Below the pieces are notes generated by a model, which saw nothing but the letters and a program-made list of their open reading frames with translations, did no database searches and had not been told where the DNA came from. From Callorhinchus milii (lineage: Eukaryota): a DNA stretch of 64,000 nucleotides. The translations under genes were made by a program, and so were the position numbers. Each line of letters starts with the position of its first letter. The stretch's first letter is position 1. This document shows positions 38,750 through 52,390 of this stretch, piece by piece. The stretch spans positions 76,324,001-76,388,000 of the forward strand of contig NW_024704742.1 of the NCBI RefSeq assembly GCF_018977255.1, in the 5' to 3' direction.

Positions 38750-40268
38750 GTAAGTGCACTCCTGCTTGTACTGCAGTCATCTGTAGGAGCTCTTTTAAAC
38801 TGTTTGATGCATATTTCTTCGCAGTTTCTTTATACTGTGTGAGGGAATTTCTCCTGGTTTTCTGGCCAACAATCCCCCAAATAAAATCGATCCCCTCCCT
38901 TTACTTCGCCCCCTCCCTGCCTCCTTCAGGGCCCATCTCAGGACCCTCCTCTTTGACCGCGCCTTCGGTCCCCCCACTACCCTCCCTGCCGCCAATCCTT
39001 CCTGATCCAAACCCCTGCTCAGATCCAAATCCCTGACTGTCCAGCACCTTGGGATGACCTCCTGATCTGAAAGATGCTATACAAATGTAATTTGTTGTTG
39101 TCACTCATTCTATGCCTGTTTGTGGGACATTTCTGTGTGCCACTGGCATCCACATTTCGCCCACAAAATGTAGTCAATCCATTTTACAGTATATCCTGCG
39201 AAGTTCTTTGAGACGTCTCACTGACATAAGGTGTTATATCAAATGCAAGGAGTAGTATTATTTTTACATATATATATAAGTGTTAGTATTGCATGTATCA
39301 TGATTACACTATGTAATCATATCACCTTAGACGGAGATAATATGTCATGTAGATTATTTCCTTCCTGACATCAGTGACATTGTATCCTCAAAGGATGAAC
39401 GATATTCTCAGGAATGCCTTTGATAGAAACTAATTTTCCTATTATGTTGCCCCCCAAAAACTCTCCCTTTAATTTCATCGAGATGAAGAATCTGTATGGT
39501 TGTAGAATCATTCTGTCTGTGTGTGTGTGTGTGTGTGTGTAACCTATGGAAGATCCCCATTAGAACACATGACTAAGGTTAATACATTGACCTCTAGATT
39601 CATAAACCCAAGGTTAATAACAATAATTCTTACATTTAGCCCTTTCACATTTGGAGAGCGTCTCAAAGCACTTCACAGGATTTTACTGCAAAGTTGAGTG
39701 AATGTATTTTGCAGGTGTACATGGCAGCCAATTTGCTCACAGCAGTATCTCACAAATGGCTATAAAATGAATGATCAATTTTATTGGGGAGAAAGGTGAC
39801 AGGAATGGGAAGTGCTGGCTCAGACTCCACATCTTTCCATCTGCTGGTGGCAGCTTGTACTAAAATGTTTTATTATAAACCGACACTGTCAGTCCAGGTT
39901 TAGATAATTCCCACTACATTGACTGTGTATGGTATACATGGATCCAAACGTCAGTGTATTAACCTCAGTCATGTCCAGCTGTTGGTGGGAACATGTTGTC
40001 TGAGATTCACTGGGGTAAAATTTACAGCATTTTCGTAATGTATGATGAACATGATACAAAAAGTGTATGAACATGACATAAAAGACCACAAACTTCATCT
40101 CCTTGGATACCAACTGTTCTGATGCCTTGCTGCGGTACTGCATCGGCACAGAAACCAAAAGTTGTGAACCCTAAAACATGTCATTGGCGTTGGTAAAAAG
40201 GGCATTTGTGGCAGTGGTGTGACAGATATCCAATCATGCAACTACAACCCTGCATTTTGTTTCTCCAG

Positions 40269-40415
40269 GTGTGATAAAGGTTATTTTGGTAACAGGTGTA
40301 TGCACATTGAACTGGTGAGGCAACCGCTGAGCGAGGAGGATGTAGCGCTGGCCGTGGCTGTGTCCTTCATGGTTCTAATTGGTGTATTGGTTGCCACCTG
40401 GTTAATCTACATAAG
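40269..40415 (+). CDS. EREG: Epiregulin exon 4: EGF C-loop, stalk and TM helix CDKGYFGNRCMHIELVRQPLSEEDVALAVAVSFMVLIGVLVATWLIYI(R)
   Basis: Acceptor ttttgtttctccag and donor AG|gtatt, phase 2/2. C-x8-C with GY-x-G-x-RC. QPLSEEDVAL matches the recalled human EREG stalk QPLSKEYVAL. Confidence 0.94.
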
Positions 40416-41206
40416 GTATTTCAATACAAATTTTCAATCTTCAAAACTTCAGAACATATTCATGCTTTCTATTCAAAGCACTATGAGCAATATATAAATA
40501 GCTAGGCTTCGCTAGCATGAAACGTTTAATTGCAATTTATGTAGATTGGTGAAACCTTGTTAAGTGACTATTATGCTGTTTTACTGTTATGTATTTGAAT
40601 TTGAGCTTAAATTTGGGTGAGGAGAGGGGTATAAGGCATGATAATTGGAATGCTATAAAAAGAAAATCTTTATCTGATCCTCTCAGAAACTCACATTGAA
40701 CATTTTGTTGCATCAATCCTTTAGTGAGAAAACACAAACCACTTTTTAACCTTACTCATCAGGTCCAAATCCACTGACAACTTATGTCAGTTGAATTCAC
40801 TGATGATATAAGTTAATTGATTTTGCTAAATTTTGTAAAGATGTGAGTGGAAATTGTATTATAGCCTTCATATACGGAAAGGTAAGATTTAAAAAGTGGT
40901 TTGTATACCACTCTCCTCATCCAAAATTAACCTCGAATTCACATGGATTCTCGTCTCATTAATTATAGGATGTTACTGGTGCAGATTAAGTTGCTTTTAT
41001 GTACAACATTGACTTAATTTCTGATCAACTTTATTGTGTAAAGTGCTTCAAGTTAGTTTTCTTATTATCCAGCACTTTTGGTCTGAAACGAGCAGGGGAC
41101 GTAGTACTGGGTTTGCAGACTCTTGAGCATTGTGGTGGGTTCCACTGTGTGTCAGACACCTGGCTGAACAACACAATGATTAATTTATGCAACTTTTATT
41201 TTACAG

Positions 41207-41285
41207 GTGCAAGAAGAGCAGATCGAAAAATCAACCAGAATACACAGGAGTTCAAACAACAACCACCACAACAAATTGTGTTTAA
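41207..41285 (+). CDS. EREG: Epiregulin exon 5: cytoplasmic tail CKKSRSKNQPEYTGVQTTTTTTNCV*
   Basis: Acceptor ttttattttacag ends at 41206. Basic stop-transfer segment followed by EY-x-x-V as in human KKEYERV. TAA at 41283-41285. Spliced CDS is 52+78+124+147+79=480 nt, giving 159 aa. Confidence 0.87.
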
Positions 41286-41317
41286 ATAGCACCTTTCAAA
41301 TCAGGAGGGCATCCCAA
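41253..41317 (-). mobile_element. L2/SINE 3'-tail remnant inside EREG exon 5
   Basis: acaacaaattgtgtttaaatagcacctttcaaatcaggagggcatcccaa aligns to the antisense tails at 12274-12335, 23060-23118 and 45800-45855. Confidence 0.85.
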
Positions 41318-42380
41318 TGAAAACTGCTTGCTAAGTATCTGAAGATACTGCAGATTAGCTTCAAATTGAAGTCAAAAGGTTTGGCAACCTTCACTCATCT
41401 CAAAAACGATCATCATGTTTAAAGTAATAATGATAACATGGGACTTGTCTAGCTAGGACTGCACTACCTGTTAGGGCTTTGGCTTGCAGAGCTGAGGATA
41501 TATCTGCACTTAGGTGTTTCTTAGGTGTCAGGTGTTTCTTTTCAGAGCTCAGGAGACCTTGCTTTAAACCTTTATTTTACACTCATTTAGACTGTGGTTT
41601 AGACTCATTGTATTGATCTCAAAATGGAGGACGGGCTGAGGGACATTGTGGTTCCTCATCGTCCGCTATCTGGAACCCTGATGATGTGGTCATGGCATGA
41701 GCTACTCGGTATGTTAAAGTGCTTGAAGTAAATCAAGCAAAGGAAATGAGGAAGGTAACAATGCTGGTCTCAGGTTATGGTATAGGCAAGTTAATACTTG
41801 ACACAAGAAATACTATTGAAGTTATTAAAAGTTACGCCTAGATTAATTTGGCCTCAATATTGTTTGGATGGACAGAAATGGCCCATTAAGACTGCACTGG
41901 CTCTCAGTTGGAGCTGTTCTTCTAATCCTCATACCCATGATTTATTTACATACTTCTGCCCTATCCCCATACCACCTGCCATATTCCAATGTGTCCCACC
42001 CTAGCCCCATCCCCATTTTGGAGAAAAAAGATACATTTTAAGCAACCATACAATGTAGATTGCAAAGCAGTAAAATACAACATTGCTGTTTTAAAGCCTG
42101 CCCATTTGAGCCAAACTGGAATCAATCTCAGGAGTGGGTGATATAGCTAACAATACCCATAGTATGTATTCATGAGCAATCATTTCCTCACACAAACTGA
42201 TATGTAAAGCTGCTTACAGATTGCTTTGCTCCTACTACATATCAAATTTGACAAGTCACGAGTGCTTTGTATTTTTGTTTGAACTGCTATTTGAAAGGCT
42301 AAGTTAATATTGATGAGAAGGGAGAAAAGTACCAAGTTCTGTGAGGGGACCAACTTGTATTGTGGAGAATTCTTGTAAAA

Positions 42381-42406
42381 TATTTATTTATAGGAATATA
42401 TTTATA
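42381..42406 (+). promoter_or_regulatory. AU-rich element cluster in the putative EREG 3' UTR
   Basis: TATTTATTTAT at 42381-42391 and a further TATTTATA within 20 nt. Typical of unstable growth-factor mRNAs. Confidence 0.5.
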
Positions 42407-43624
42407 AGGTATGGTAGTAAAGGTTTAAATCACCTGCTTGTAATGGGTACACATGTGCTTTTGTCACAGACATGGACCCAGCAGAGGGCGATGTTTGACT
42501 GATCTGTGACCAGCACTATGAGGCTTGTAGCAAGTAGAATTTTATGTTTGATTATATTTGGGATAAATCTCTACTATTTATGCTGGTTGTACTAAAGTCA
42601 CTTATTATTAAAGTTATATCTATTAGAGTTTTTATCCAGAGCCACTCAGGATCAATTATCAACTACAAATCCACTGCGCCTCTGAAGTGTACAGTGAGAT
42701 TTAAATGAATGATTGATAGTACAGGGTATTTACAGGTCAATGCTAAGTGTGATTTAACTACAAAGTTCTGGGTAGGATCGAATCACCACACACATTACAA
42801 ATGCCATTAATTCTAAGACAAGTTCTTCCTCACAACTTTTCGCCATTTTATCAACTTTGCTCCTTTTTGGTAAGATTGGCAACAGAATCACTCCCTTACC
42901 AGATAGGTCAGTTGAACACAAACAAAATCCACTTTGATATCACTGTATCAATATTAAAATATTTCTCATTGGGAGAATGAGATCTGCATTTATAAAATAC
43001 TGTTTAAGACAATTATAAAAAATGGAAAAATATACAGATTTTTGATAATGCATTTGACAATTTTTGTATCTCAGAATTTTTTCTATTCATACATATTACG
43101 GTTTTCTATTGAAATAACATTTTTCAGTTTTTCTGGCTTAAGGGAGCAAAAATATCAATGTAGAAATATGATGGCACTGTGGAAGTTTATTGAGGTAGAG
43201 AAAATAATGTACAATAAAATAATCTTGCAATTTAAAATAATGCCTTATCACATCATTGAAACATCTCAAAGTGCTTCACGGGACTTACTATAAAGTGTAG
43301 TGACTGTGTATTTGTAGGTGAATATACTGCTGGTACTACAGGAAACGAAACTGCAGTTTCGGGATACCTAAATAGAACATTGATAACCAGCTATAATGTG
43401 CCTTGTAGCAAAACAGATGATTATTAGCAGAATATGGGAAAGATTCTCATGTGCTTATCCAATTTCTTGCCGTAGAATTATCAGTCATTTCACTGATATT
43501 CTGCTACTGATATATTGTTTGTCGGAGGAATTGACAGTGTATGATATAAACAAATAGAGTGAATGGTAGGTTTTCATGTTATAAAGTTTCTGAATTTGTA
43601 TTTCACAGCTTGAAACTGTTCAGC

Positions 43625-43630
43625 AATAAA
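43625..43630 (+). promoter_or_regulatory. Candidate EREG polyadenylation signal AATAAA
   Basis: Canonical hexamer at the end of a largely repeat-poor AT-rich 2.3-kb stretch after the stop. An alternative AATAAA lies at about 43213. Confidence 0.4.
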
Positions 43631-43989
43631 CCTGCTTATTATAAAAAGTCTGCTTGATACTATCTGTTCAATACTGAGCACAACCTCGGGGAGTATTTAT
43701 TGTGATGCGTGGAACTGTCGGATTAACGCTAATCCTGATAAAACTCAGTGTTAAACATAAAAAAAACTCAAAAGCAGGCAGAAGTGGTTAATACCAGGCA
43801 TTTTTAGAGAACAAACAGATCACCTTCATTGAACCAAGACGACAAACTAAATGCAACCATGTATAGACGGCACCCAGAGTAAGGGGCATCAGCTCCTCTC
43901 TAGGCTCAGTATTCCTGTGCACAGGAATGTCTTTATACCTCCCTAAGATGCTCCCTAAAACCATCTCACAGGCTTCCCCTTTGTAGGAG

Positions 43990-44886
43990 TGCCTTCCGTA
44001 TGTATGCGGATGACACCCAACTCTCTTTCTGCCTTCGCCTTCAACTTCAGGACCACTGCTGTCCTGACAGACTGTCTGTCGAACATCAAGTCCTGGATGA
44101 GGGAAAATTTCCTACAGTTGAATGTGAACAAGACTGAGGCCCTCCTGATTGGCTCACGCCAGCGCCTCAGCACCTCATGGTTGCACACTATAACTCACCA
44201 AGACAGTCAGGAACCTAGGTGCCTTGTTCGACCCTCAACTGTCTTTTCTCCCCCACATTCAAGCCATGACCCGCTCTGCCTTCCCTCACCTCCGTAACAT
44301 CGCCCGACTCCACCACTACCTCACCACTCAGGCCGCTGAAACTCTTGTTCATGCCTTCGTCACCTCCAGGCTCGACTATGCAAACGGCCAAATAATCCAG
44401 AACTCTGCAGCCCGTGTCCTCTCCTGCACCAAACTCCATGACCCCATCTCCTCCACTCTCGCCGACTCCATTGGCTCTCTATCCTTCAGAGGATCCAGTT
44501 CAAGATCCTGGTCCTACAAAGCCCTCCATGGCCTCGCCCCACCCTACCTCTGCGAACTCCTAACCCCCTACCAACCCGCCCACTCCCACCGCTCAGCCGG
44601 CAGTGGCCTGCTCCACGTCCCCTGCCCCATCAGTGGCGGGAGAGCCTTCAGCCACTCTGCCCTCAACCTCTGGAATTCCATCCCCCAGTCACTCTGCCTC
44701 GCCTCGTTCAAGTCCCGCCTCAAGACGCTCCTCTTCGACCAAGCCATCGGCCACCACCCTTCCCCTCCCTTCTCTGCTCCACCCCCCCACCAACCCCAGC
44801 TCGGGTCCGAAATGCTGTACACTGTCCAGCGCCTTGGGACGTCCTCCTGATATGAAAGGCGCTATACAAATGTAATCTTGTTGTTG
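43990..44886 (+). mobile_element. L2 3' fragment
   Basis: LSNIKSWMRENFLQLN and TSRLDYAN. (TTG)n tail. Confidence 0.88.
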
Positions 44887-46649
44887 CCTGGATTTTCCCA
44901 CTGTGAGTGTTTTCCTCCAAGTTACTGGAGGATGAATGTTTTTGTTCCTCTTAGTAGAATCATAGCCCCTGTCGCTTGTGACCCTCAGACTCATGAATGG
45001 GCCTTATACAGGGGTTAACCAAACTCCCCTTTCGCCCCCAGGACATTACAATACTTTGGACACAGTTCACTTATCTCTGGTACATGAGTTTCAATTAATC
45101 GCATCATAGTTTCCTCTTTTGTTTGCTGCCTGGAACCTACAGGACAATATTTGGGCTATCTCGAACAGTTTCCAATGGGGTGTGGGGGGGAAATGTCCTT
45201 AAATTTGGATTCATTGATTATCTTGAACATAACTGAAAAAAGTCAAATTGCTGCAAGGGATATCCCATTATAAAAACATAATGTAAAGTTCACTGTTTTA
45301 TAAGATAGACTCCATTGTTGCTTTTGCATTACCTATACTACAATACAAACAAATTTATTCAGCATCTTTCACATTGGGAGGCCATTCCCTAGGCACTGGA
45401 CAGTCTAGAGTTTGAACCTAAACTGGGGATGGGGGCCTGGGTGTTGGGGGGAGGGTGTCAGATGACCAAGGAAGTCAAAGAGGAAGGGAAGGTGTTCGTC
45501 GGATTCCAGATAATGCCTTCCAGCAGCTGTCGCCCCAAACCTCAGAGTTTCCTTATCAGCTACTTGGCGGACATCTGATTTCAGTGAGGTGGGAAGACCT
45601 GAACAGGACAGCTTGTGACGTTACAGCCACCTTGATGTTCTGAAGGTTCAAGTCCAATGTGGTTTACTCAGCACCAGCTGCTTATTCCAGGTCCTCTCCA
45701 CTGCATTCCCAGGAGCTCAGATACATAAAGGAGGATTGTTTGCACACAGGTCTTGTATGCCACAAGCTTAACCTGCATTGGGACCTTGCTCTTCTCCAAC
45801 AACAACAACAAAATTACACTTGTATAGCGCCTTTCACAGCAGGAGGCATCCTAAGGTGCTGGACAATCAGTGTTTTGGACCCGAGCTGAGGGTCAGGATT
45901 GTGGAGGGTAGTGGGGGGAGGAGGGTGATCGAAGGTACGGTCGAGGAGGAGGTTGAATAGGAATGAGCAGTACCAGAGTGCCTTTTGCCCCTTCTTGCCG
46001 GAATCTTTCAGCACTACTTCCAAGCAAACGTCAGTGTCCATCATGACCCCGAGGTACTGATAAGAATCAACTATCAACAATTGGGACTAATGCCCTTTGT
46101 ATTTACCAATCATTACTTTCAGTGTCTTTTCTTGAGCCATGATTCCGTACTTGGGGACATCCACGATCATGCCTCAACGGGTTGCCCAGTGTTCAATAAT
46201 AATAATAATCCTTGCATTTGATGTAGCGGAAAACACATTCCGGATAAATTCCAAAATTTAGCTACATATTCCCCTGGTTTCCAGTTTCATGGGGGCTTCA
46301 TGAGGCAATAGATTAAAGGCCTTGTGGAAATTGATGAATGCAATGTAGGTAGGTTTCCCTTTAGCCTTACGATGTTCTGCAATCTCATACAAAGCCACAA
46401 CCTGTCCCACAAACTCTGTCATCTACATGCCTGTTCAGCACAATTTTTCTCTGAGAAGGCTATTGCCCTAAAGGTCGGATGAATAAAGTTACAGTTTACA
46501 AACTAGGAGGCGTGCATGCATTTCCCAGTGGGCAAGTCACTGGGAGAAACTCTCTTCTCTTTTCCGATACTGCCATAGGATCTTTAACATCCACATGAAC
46601 AGGCAGATGGGACCTTGGTTTAATGTTTCAACCAAAATATTTGCTTTGC

Positions 46650-47180
46650 ATTGCCCAGCCTCTCGAACCCCTCCTCACACAAGCTGCAGATGATCCAGAA
46701 CTCTGCCTTACATATCTTTTGCACCAAACTTCACAAGCCTATCACCTCATCCTCGCTTGTCTCCACTGGCTACCCATTCCCTAGCAGATCAAATTCAACA
46801 TCCTTGCCCTTGCATTCAAATCTCTACACAGCTTTGCCGCTCCTATCTTTATGATCTACTGCAATCCTATCACCCTGGCTGCTCCCTTCAATCAGCAGCA
46901 CCAGCCTGCTTCATGTCCCTTGCTTGTCTGCCTCACCATCAATGGGATGAGCTTTCAGTCATTCTGTCACCGCTTTCCATCCTGGATTTCCTCTGCCTTG
47001 CCTCCTCCCTTTAAAGCCATCTTGCAGACCTTTCTTTTTGACCACGCTTTTGTACATCTTTTCCCCCGTCCTTCCTTCACTCATCCCACCCCAGCTCAGG
47101 CTCCCATTTGGCTCTATGAACCACTTTGAGACATCCTCCTGAATTGAAAAGCACTAAATAAGTATAAAATTGTTGTTGTT
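46650..47180 (+). mobile_element. Degenerate L2 3' fragment
   Basis: HKLQMIQNSA remnant and tail. Confidence 0.75.
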
Positions 47181-48349
47181 ATAACTCCACATATGTGCCA
47201 TCCCCAGTCTCAGAGAGCAATTCTATTGCATTAGTCTGGAATTTCTATTCCCACATCCTTGTGGCTTCTCTTAAAAGATGGTAATTGCACATTTAATAGC
47301 AATTACTGATGAATAATGTACTATGGATTCTTACCCACAAGAAACTGGTTTGTAATTCCCAAACATATATCATACACGACCCCCACACAGGGCAGAGAAC
47401 CTTTCATCCCATTAATCTGGGCTGGATTATCTTCCTGGTAACTCAGGTCACCAAGTGAAAGGACAGATGTTTATTTCCTTAATATCAGTACGAAGGTGCA
47501 TACTATAAGCCAAACAAAGACAATGGGTTGACATTAAGAATTTACTTCTAAGCTGTCAGAAGACCTGAGAAATTTCAGTGACCAAAGTATGTTGGAATGC
47601 AAAGGACTGTGAAAAACCAAATGAGCGATTTAAAACATGTGGCAAGAATTAAATTAGCACAAAAAATATTTTGTGGAACAATTTACATCCTCGTTCTCCA
47701 TAATGTTTAAATAACTAGAAAAGACAGCAGGAAGCACTAGCATTCCTACACATAGGCATTTCAACAATGGATCTTGAGCACTGTTATCTTGACTGTGAAC
47801 TCATCCCCAATGTCTCATGTCTCAGTGGTTCAGGTAGTCTGGTTCTTACCATCTCCTTAACTTTACACACTCGCTTCTCTTTTGTATATTGCACAAAAGG
47901 CCTTTCCCCCATTGGCCACTTGCAATATTAATAAATATTAATATTATTAATTAGTGTTCTGTGTAGGCTCTATTTGGACAATTTTGCAATTCTTATGTAT
48001 TAATTTCTTAAATAAAATGAATGAGTTTTTTGGTTGTTGTGTAGTAGTAACTGGTGTAGTCTTATTGTGGAAACAGCCCTTCACAATTAGTCACGATGAT
48101 TTCTTCACACCCGTGTCCTGTGAGTCAGTGCGCCTCATAGTTTGGAGGTGAAGGAGGATATGATTGGCCACGATGATGAGATGTCTAGAGAATAGAACCA
48201 CATCACAACCCTTGAAGACAAACGATTTCAGAGATAAAGTTGAGGTGGGGGTGTGGGGATGGGGGCAGTCATTTACAGCAGTTGGACTTGAACGCCTTGA
48301 ATCAATCAAGAATTTTGAGTCTGTTTTATGTCTGTATTCTTTCCATGGG

Positions 48350-48642
48350 ATTCCAAAATAGTGGTGAGTCTGTGAAATAATAGATGGGTGAAATGTGGTA
48401 GACAATTGCGCACAGCAGTGTTCCATAAACAGTCATGGATTGAGTGACCCAATTTATTTTAAGGAATTATTATCCCCGGAAAAGGGATCCACCAATCGAT
48501 TCACAACCAAGTTTCTACTTACTGCTAGATAAAGAGAGGCGTGTGGAGTAAGGAAACTTGCCCAACATTTCATCCTGCCCGGGAGTTGAACCCAAGTCCT
48601 CTCGCTTGCGAGGCATGTTCTGTAACCACTAAGCTACAGGAC
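48350..48642 (-). mobile_element. tRNA-headed SINE, long subfamily
   Basis: Similarity to other copies. Confidence 0.82.
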
Positions 48643-50586
48643 GCAACTTGTTGAGAAATCAACAACAACAATAATTTGCATTTATATAGTGCCCTTCGTT
48701 TAGGGAAGTGTCTTGGAGGACTTAACAGAGGCATGTTGTAAGACACCTGTTCTTTTGTGTGGGGGAATTGCAATCACTGAATAAAATGGTGGAACTGCCA
48801 GGCATTTCAAATGGACAATGGTGATCCAGTGTCAGTAGTGGGGTCAAGTTACATAGGAACATAGAAATTGCGAGACGAAAAAATACCTAGGTCCATCTAG
48901 TCCGCCTTCTACCATCCTGATAATTGTATGCTACATAATGGAGATGTTGATAGCAATTAATTTTTTATGGATTAGTCCAGCTTTCGGAACCTTAGATCCA
49001 AAGTTGCCTAGTTCTTCCAAGCATACTGCACTTGTCAAGTCTCAAATTACTCATATAATGTATCCCAAAATATTATTTTCTAAGAAAGCTAACTTGTATT
49101 TGAATAAATTGATACTATCTGGTTCCACCATCCCCCTGGGGAACCTATTCCATAGATTTTACCACTTTCTTATTGAAATGGTGTTTCTGCAGATTGGTTT
49201 TGAATTATCCCCCTTCAATTACAGGCCATGTCCTCTGGTTTCACTGTTCTGGATAATATGAAACAACTTGTCAAAACTGTACATTAGCTAGTCTAAAAAA
49301 CAACAATCATATCATATCGTGTGTGACTTGTGTCAATGCAAGAGTGCTAAGAGGCAACTCAATGACTTACACAAATTCAAGGGGTTTTATTCAATATATG
49401 TGCAAGTTGTTGGGGATAGGAATGGCGAATGATTCTGAATGTTAATTTGTGGTATCCAGATGCAACTCAACATGCTTTCATTTTAATCACCAAGTTTGAA
49501 ATTAATAAACAATAATAATCCTTACATTTGATGTAGAGGCTTATCACGTCTTTGAGACGTCTCAAAGTGCGTCACAGAGTACACTGTAAAGTGAATTGAC
49601 TGTACATTTTGTGAATGAAAAGCGGTAGCCAATTGTGCACAGCAGTGTCCCACAAACAGTCTTAGACTGAGTGACCAACTTCTTATTCATTTTTTTGAAA
49701 TTATGACATTAACAAGAGTGTCAAATCCTTCGGCCATTCATCTCTCTTAATGCTCACTCAATAAGATGTGAGCAGCACTATCCTGCAAGTTAGAGTTTAG
49801 ACCCATTCTCCAGGTTATGGGTTGGAGGCGTATTCTAGGTTAGAGATTATCTTTGTTACTTTCATCCAGGTGATGGCATAGTCTCCTGGAAAGATTGAAT
49901 GTCCACTGCTATGCATGAATTAGACTCCTTTATACTCTGGATATTGTTAGCAATGTCAACAATCAGCTTGTATGCACAATCTTCAGTAGAGCTGAAATGA
50001 TGCAGCAAACACCTCTTCATAGCTGGCATATGTCCCTAAAATTATCCTGTAACATTTACAGAATGTATCTCCAGTTTCATTATACATTGGCTTTACTATC
50101 TCTATGTCTGGGTTTGCACGCTGCTATTTTTCTTTCTCACTGCTTCTCTTTCTTCCTCTTCTGTCATTGCCCTGATTTGCTCCAAATCTTCTCCTTCCAT
50201 TCTTTTATATTTTTATGTGAAAACAGTATGAGCAAAGAGATACGAATGGGTTTAGAAGGATAGCTCTAGTGGGGCACCAGCACAAGCATAATTGGCCGAA
50301 GACGTATTCTGTCTTTTTTATGATTCTATAATATTTTAATGACAACATCAGCAATGTTATGACTAACACTCATACATTTCTACCATGATTCTGGCTGTTA
50401 GATTAAAGGTCCCATGTCAATGCTCAAAAAGAGAAGGGAATTTCTCCCCTTGTCTTAGCCAACAATCTTCCTGATGAAGTAATCATTTATCTCCTTGCTC
50501 TTTGTAATGTATTTCCATTCATTGGAAAAAAAATCTCCATTTATATAACTTGGATTGCTTATTAAGACATTCCATTAGGAAATTGC

Positions 50587-51032
50587 GGGGTAACATTTGC
50601 AATGTTCCTTAACCTGTTCCTTATGTTAAATTGCATAACCTTAATGTATGAATCACATGTTGCTAATTGGTTTCTTAATTTACACCAGCATTAACTCACC
50701 TCAAAATCTGCAATCAGAACCCTGCACTCATGCCCCCCCTTGAATCGTCCAGCATCTGGTTAAGAGAAAACAGAGGAAATAGACTTTATATAGTCAGTTT
50801 CCTGATGTAAGGCATATGAATGACAATTCTAAGGTTAAAATGATCTTTAATTTGGGATTGCCTTTGACTCTACTATTATCCTGGGAAGCAGGAGCATAGG
50901 TTGGCAGCTGCGCTCCAATTGCAGATAGTGAGTTAATACTGGAGTACATGAAGGAGCAGTTAAGGTTTCCTTAATACTTTCCTTATGCAATTTGATACAA
51001 AAAAAAGTTAAGAAATGTCACAAATTTGACCC
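50587..51032. mobile_element. Possible old MITE with degenerate ~50-bp terminal inverted repeats
   Basis: Left end ggggtaacatttg...cttaac...aaattgcataa against right end ttatgcaattt...gttaag...caaatttgaccc. Confidence 0.45.
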
Positions 51033-51829
51033 ACCACAAACTAGCCCCTAAGCAGAACAGACTGCTTTAAACTTTCAATTATTTCTCGGATGATTCACAC
51101 ACTTTAGTTCAGATATGTGCATTTGCTGTAGTACAAACCTTTCCCACCAGTGAACGTTTTTGGGCCATGGCTAGGTTTTTATAGTTGGGTTTGCCAAGAT
51201 AATAGTGCTTTACTGGAAAATTCCCCAGGAAGAGAATAACACGTAGCATGGGTTTAAAGTCTGCACCATTAGCTGGAACACATACTAAATTCTGCAGCAG
51301 TGCCTCTCATTGCATGTTTCTCCACTGATGAGAGACACTCGTACCTCAGAGCACATCAATGGTAACAAATCTATCACTGTGGAATGCCCTCTGAGTCTCA
51401 GAATGAAAGTCTGATTTCACCACCTATTGCTGATGTTTAAAGCACTCTTCCTTCCCTCCTGGCCTTAACTGCTGCACGCCTAGTGATTCATGCTTTACTG
51501 CAGCTGCTATTGAGGGAGCCTTCACATCAGCAGGTGCAGCTCCTTTTGCTTGCTTTGAACTAGGACTTCAAAGATCCTTTAATATCCTTTTAATCCAATT
51601 TACCCTGAGGTAAGTGATTCCGAAAGTGGTGAAACCCAATGAATGTAGTCATTTAGGACACAATCCAAAATCAAAGTGGTAGATTGAACAGGCGATAGCA
51701 AATATATTAAATGACTACTTCCTGGATTTTTTTTAACTAGGCAGAGCACTGAAAACATGCAACCACCAACAGCTCTGTCTGTTGTTTGAGCTCCAGGACT
51801 TTGGTATAAAGTCGTCTGAGATTCTGGAT

Positions 51830-52390
51830 AGTTTTACAGGACTTAAAATTGACAAATTCCCTGGGATGGATGAACTGTATCCCAGGGTATTTAGGGAGGA
51901 AAGCCAGGAGATTTGTGTAGGACTGACATACATCATGAGAGAGTCAATCAGAACTGGAGAGATTCCAATGTACGTAAGCAAGCAGATGTTGTTCCCATAT
52001 TCAAGAAGGGGGACAAAACTAAACCTGGCAAATATACACCCATTGGCCTGACCAATAATAGGAAAAATTATGGAGTTAATCATCAGAAATGAAGTGGAAG
52101 ATGACAAAATAATCTAATAGTTGACAGCCAACATAGTTTCAGAAAAGGTAGGTCTTGTCTAACCAATATATTGACTGTGAGAAGCCATATCATCTAGTAT
52201 ACCTAGACTCCCAAAAGGTATTTGACAAAGAACCTCATGAAAGACTCCTTCACAAACTGTGCTTACTAGGTATCAAGGGCAAAACAATGATATGGATTCA
52301 GAATTGTTTGAAGGGAAGGAAACAAGAGGTCAAAATGGGGAATGGTATTAAGTGGGTGCCTCAGGGGTCTACTGGGACCCTTCCTATTCA
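51830..52390 (+). mobile_element. Degenerate CR1 RT fragment
   Basis: KFPGMDELYPRV, VYLDSQKVFDKEPHERLL and VPQGS remnants. Confidence 0.82.

Noticed and set aside
40416..40497. ORF-track extension of EREG exon 4 (YFNTNFQSS...)
   Set aside because: Intronic read-through. A good donor at 40416 and a homologous exon 5 explain the gene better.
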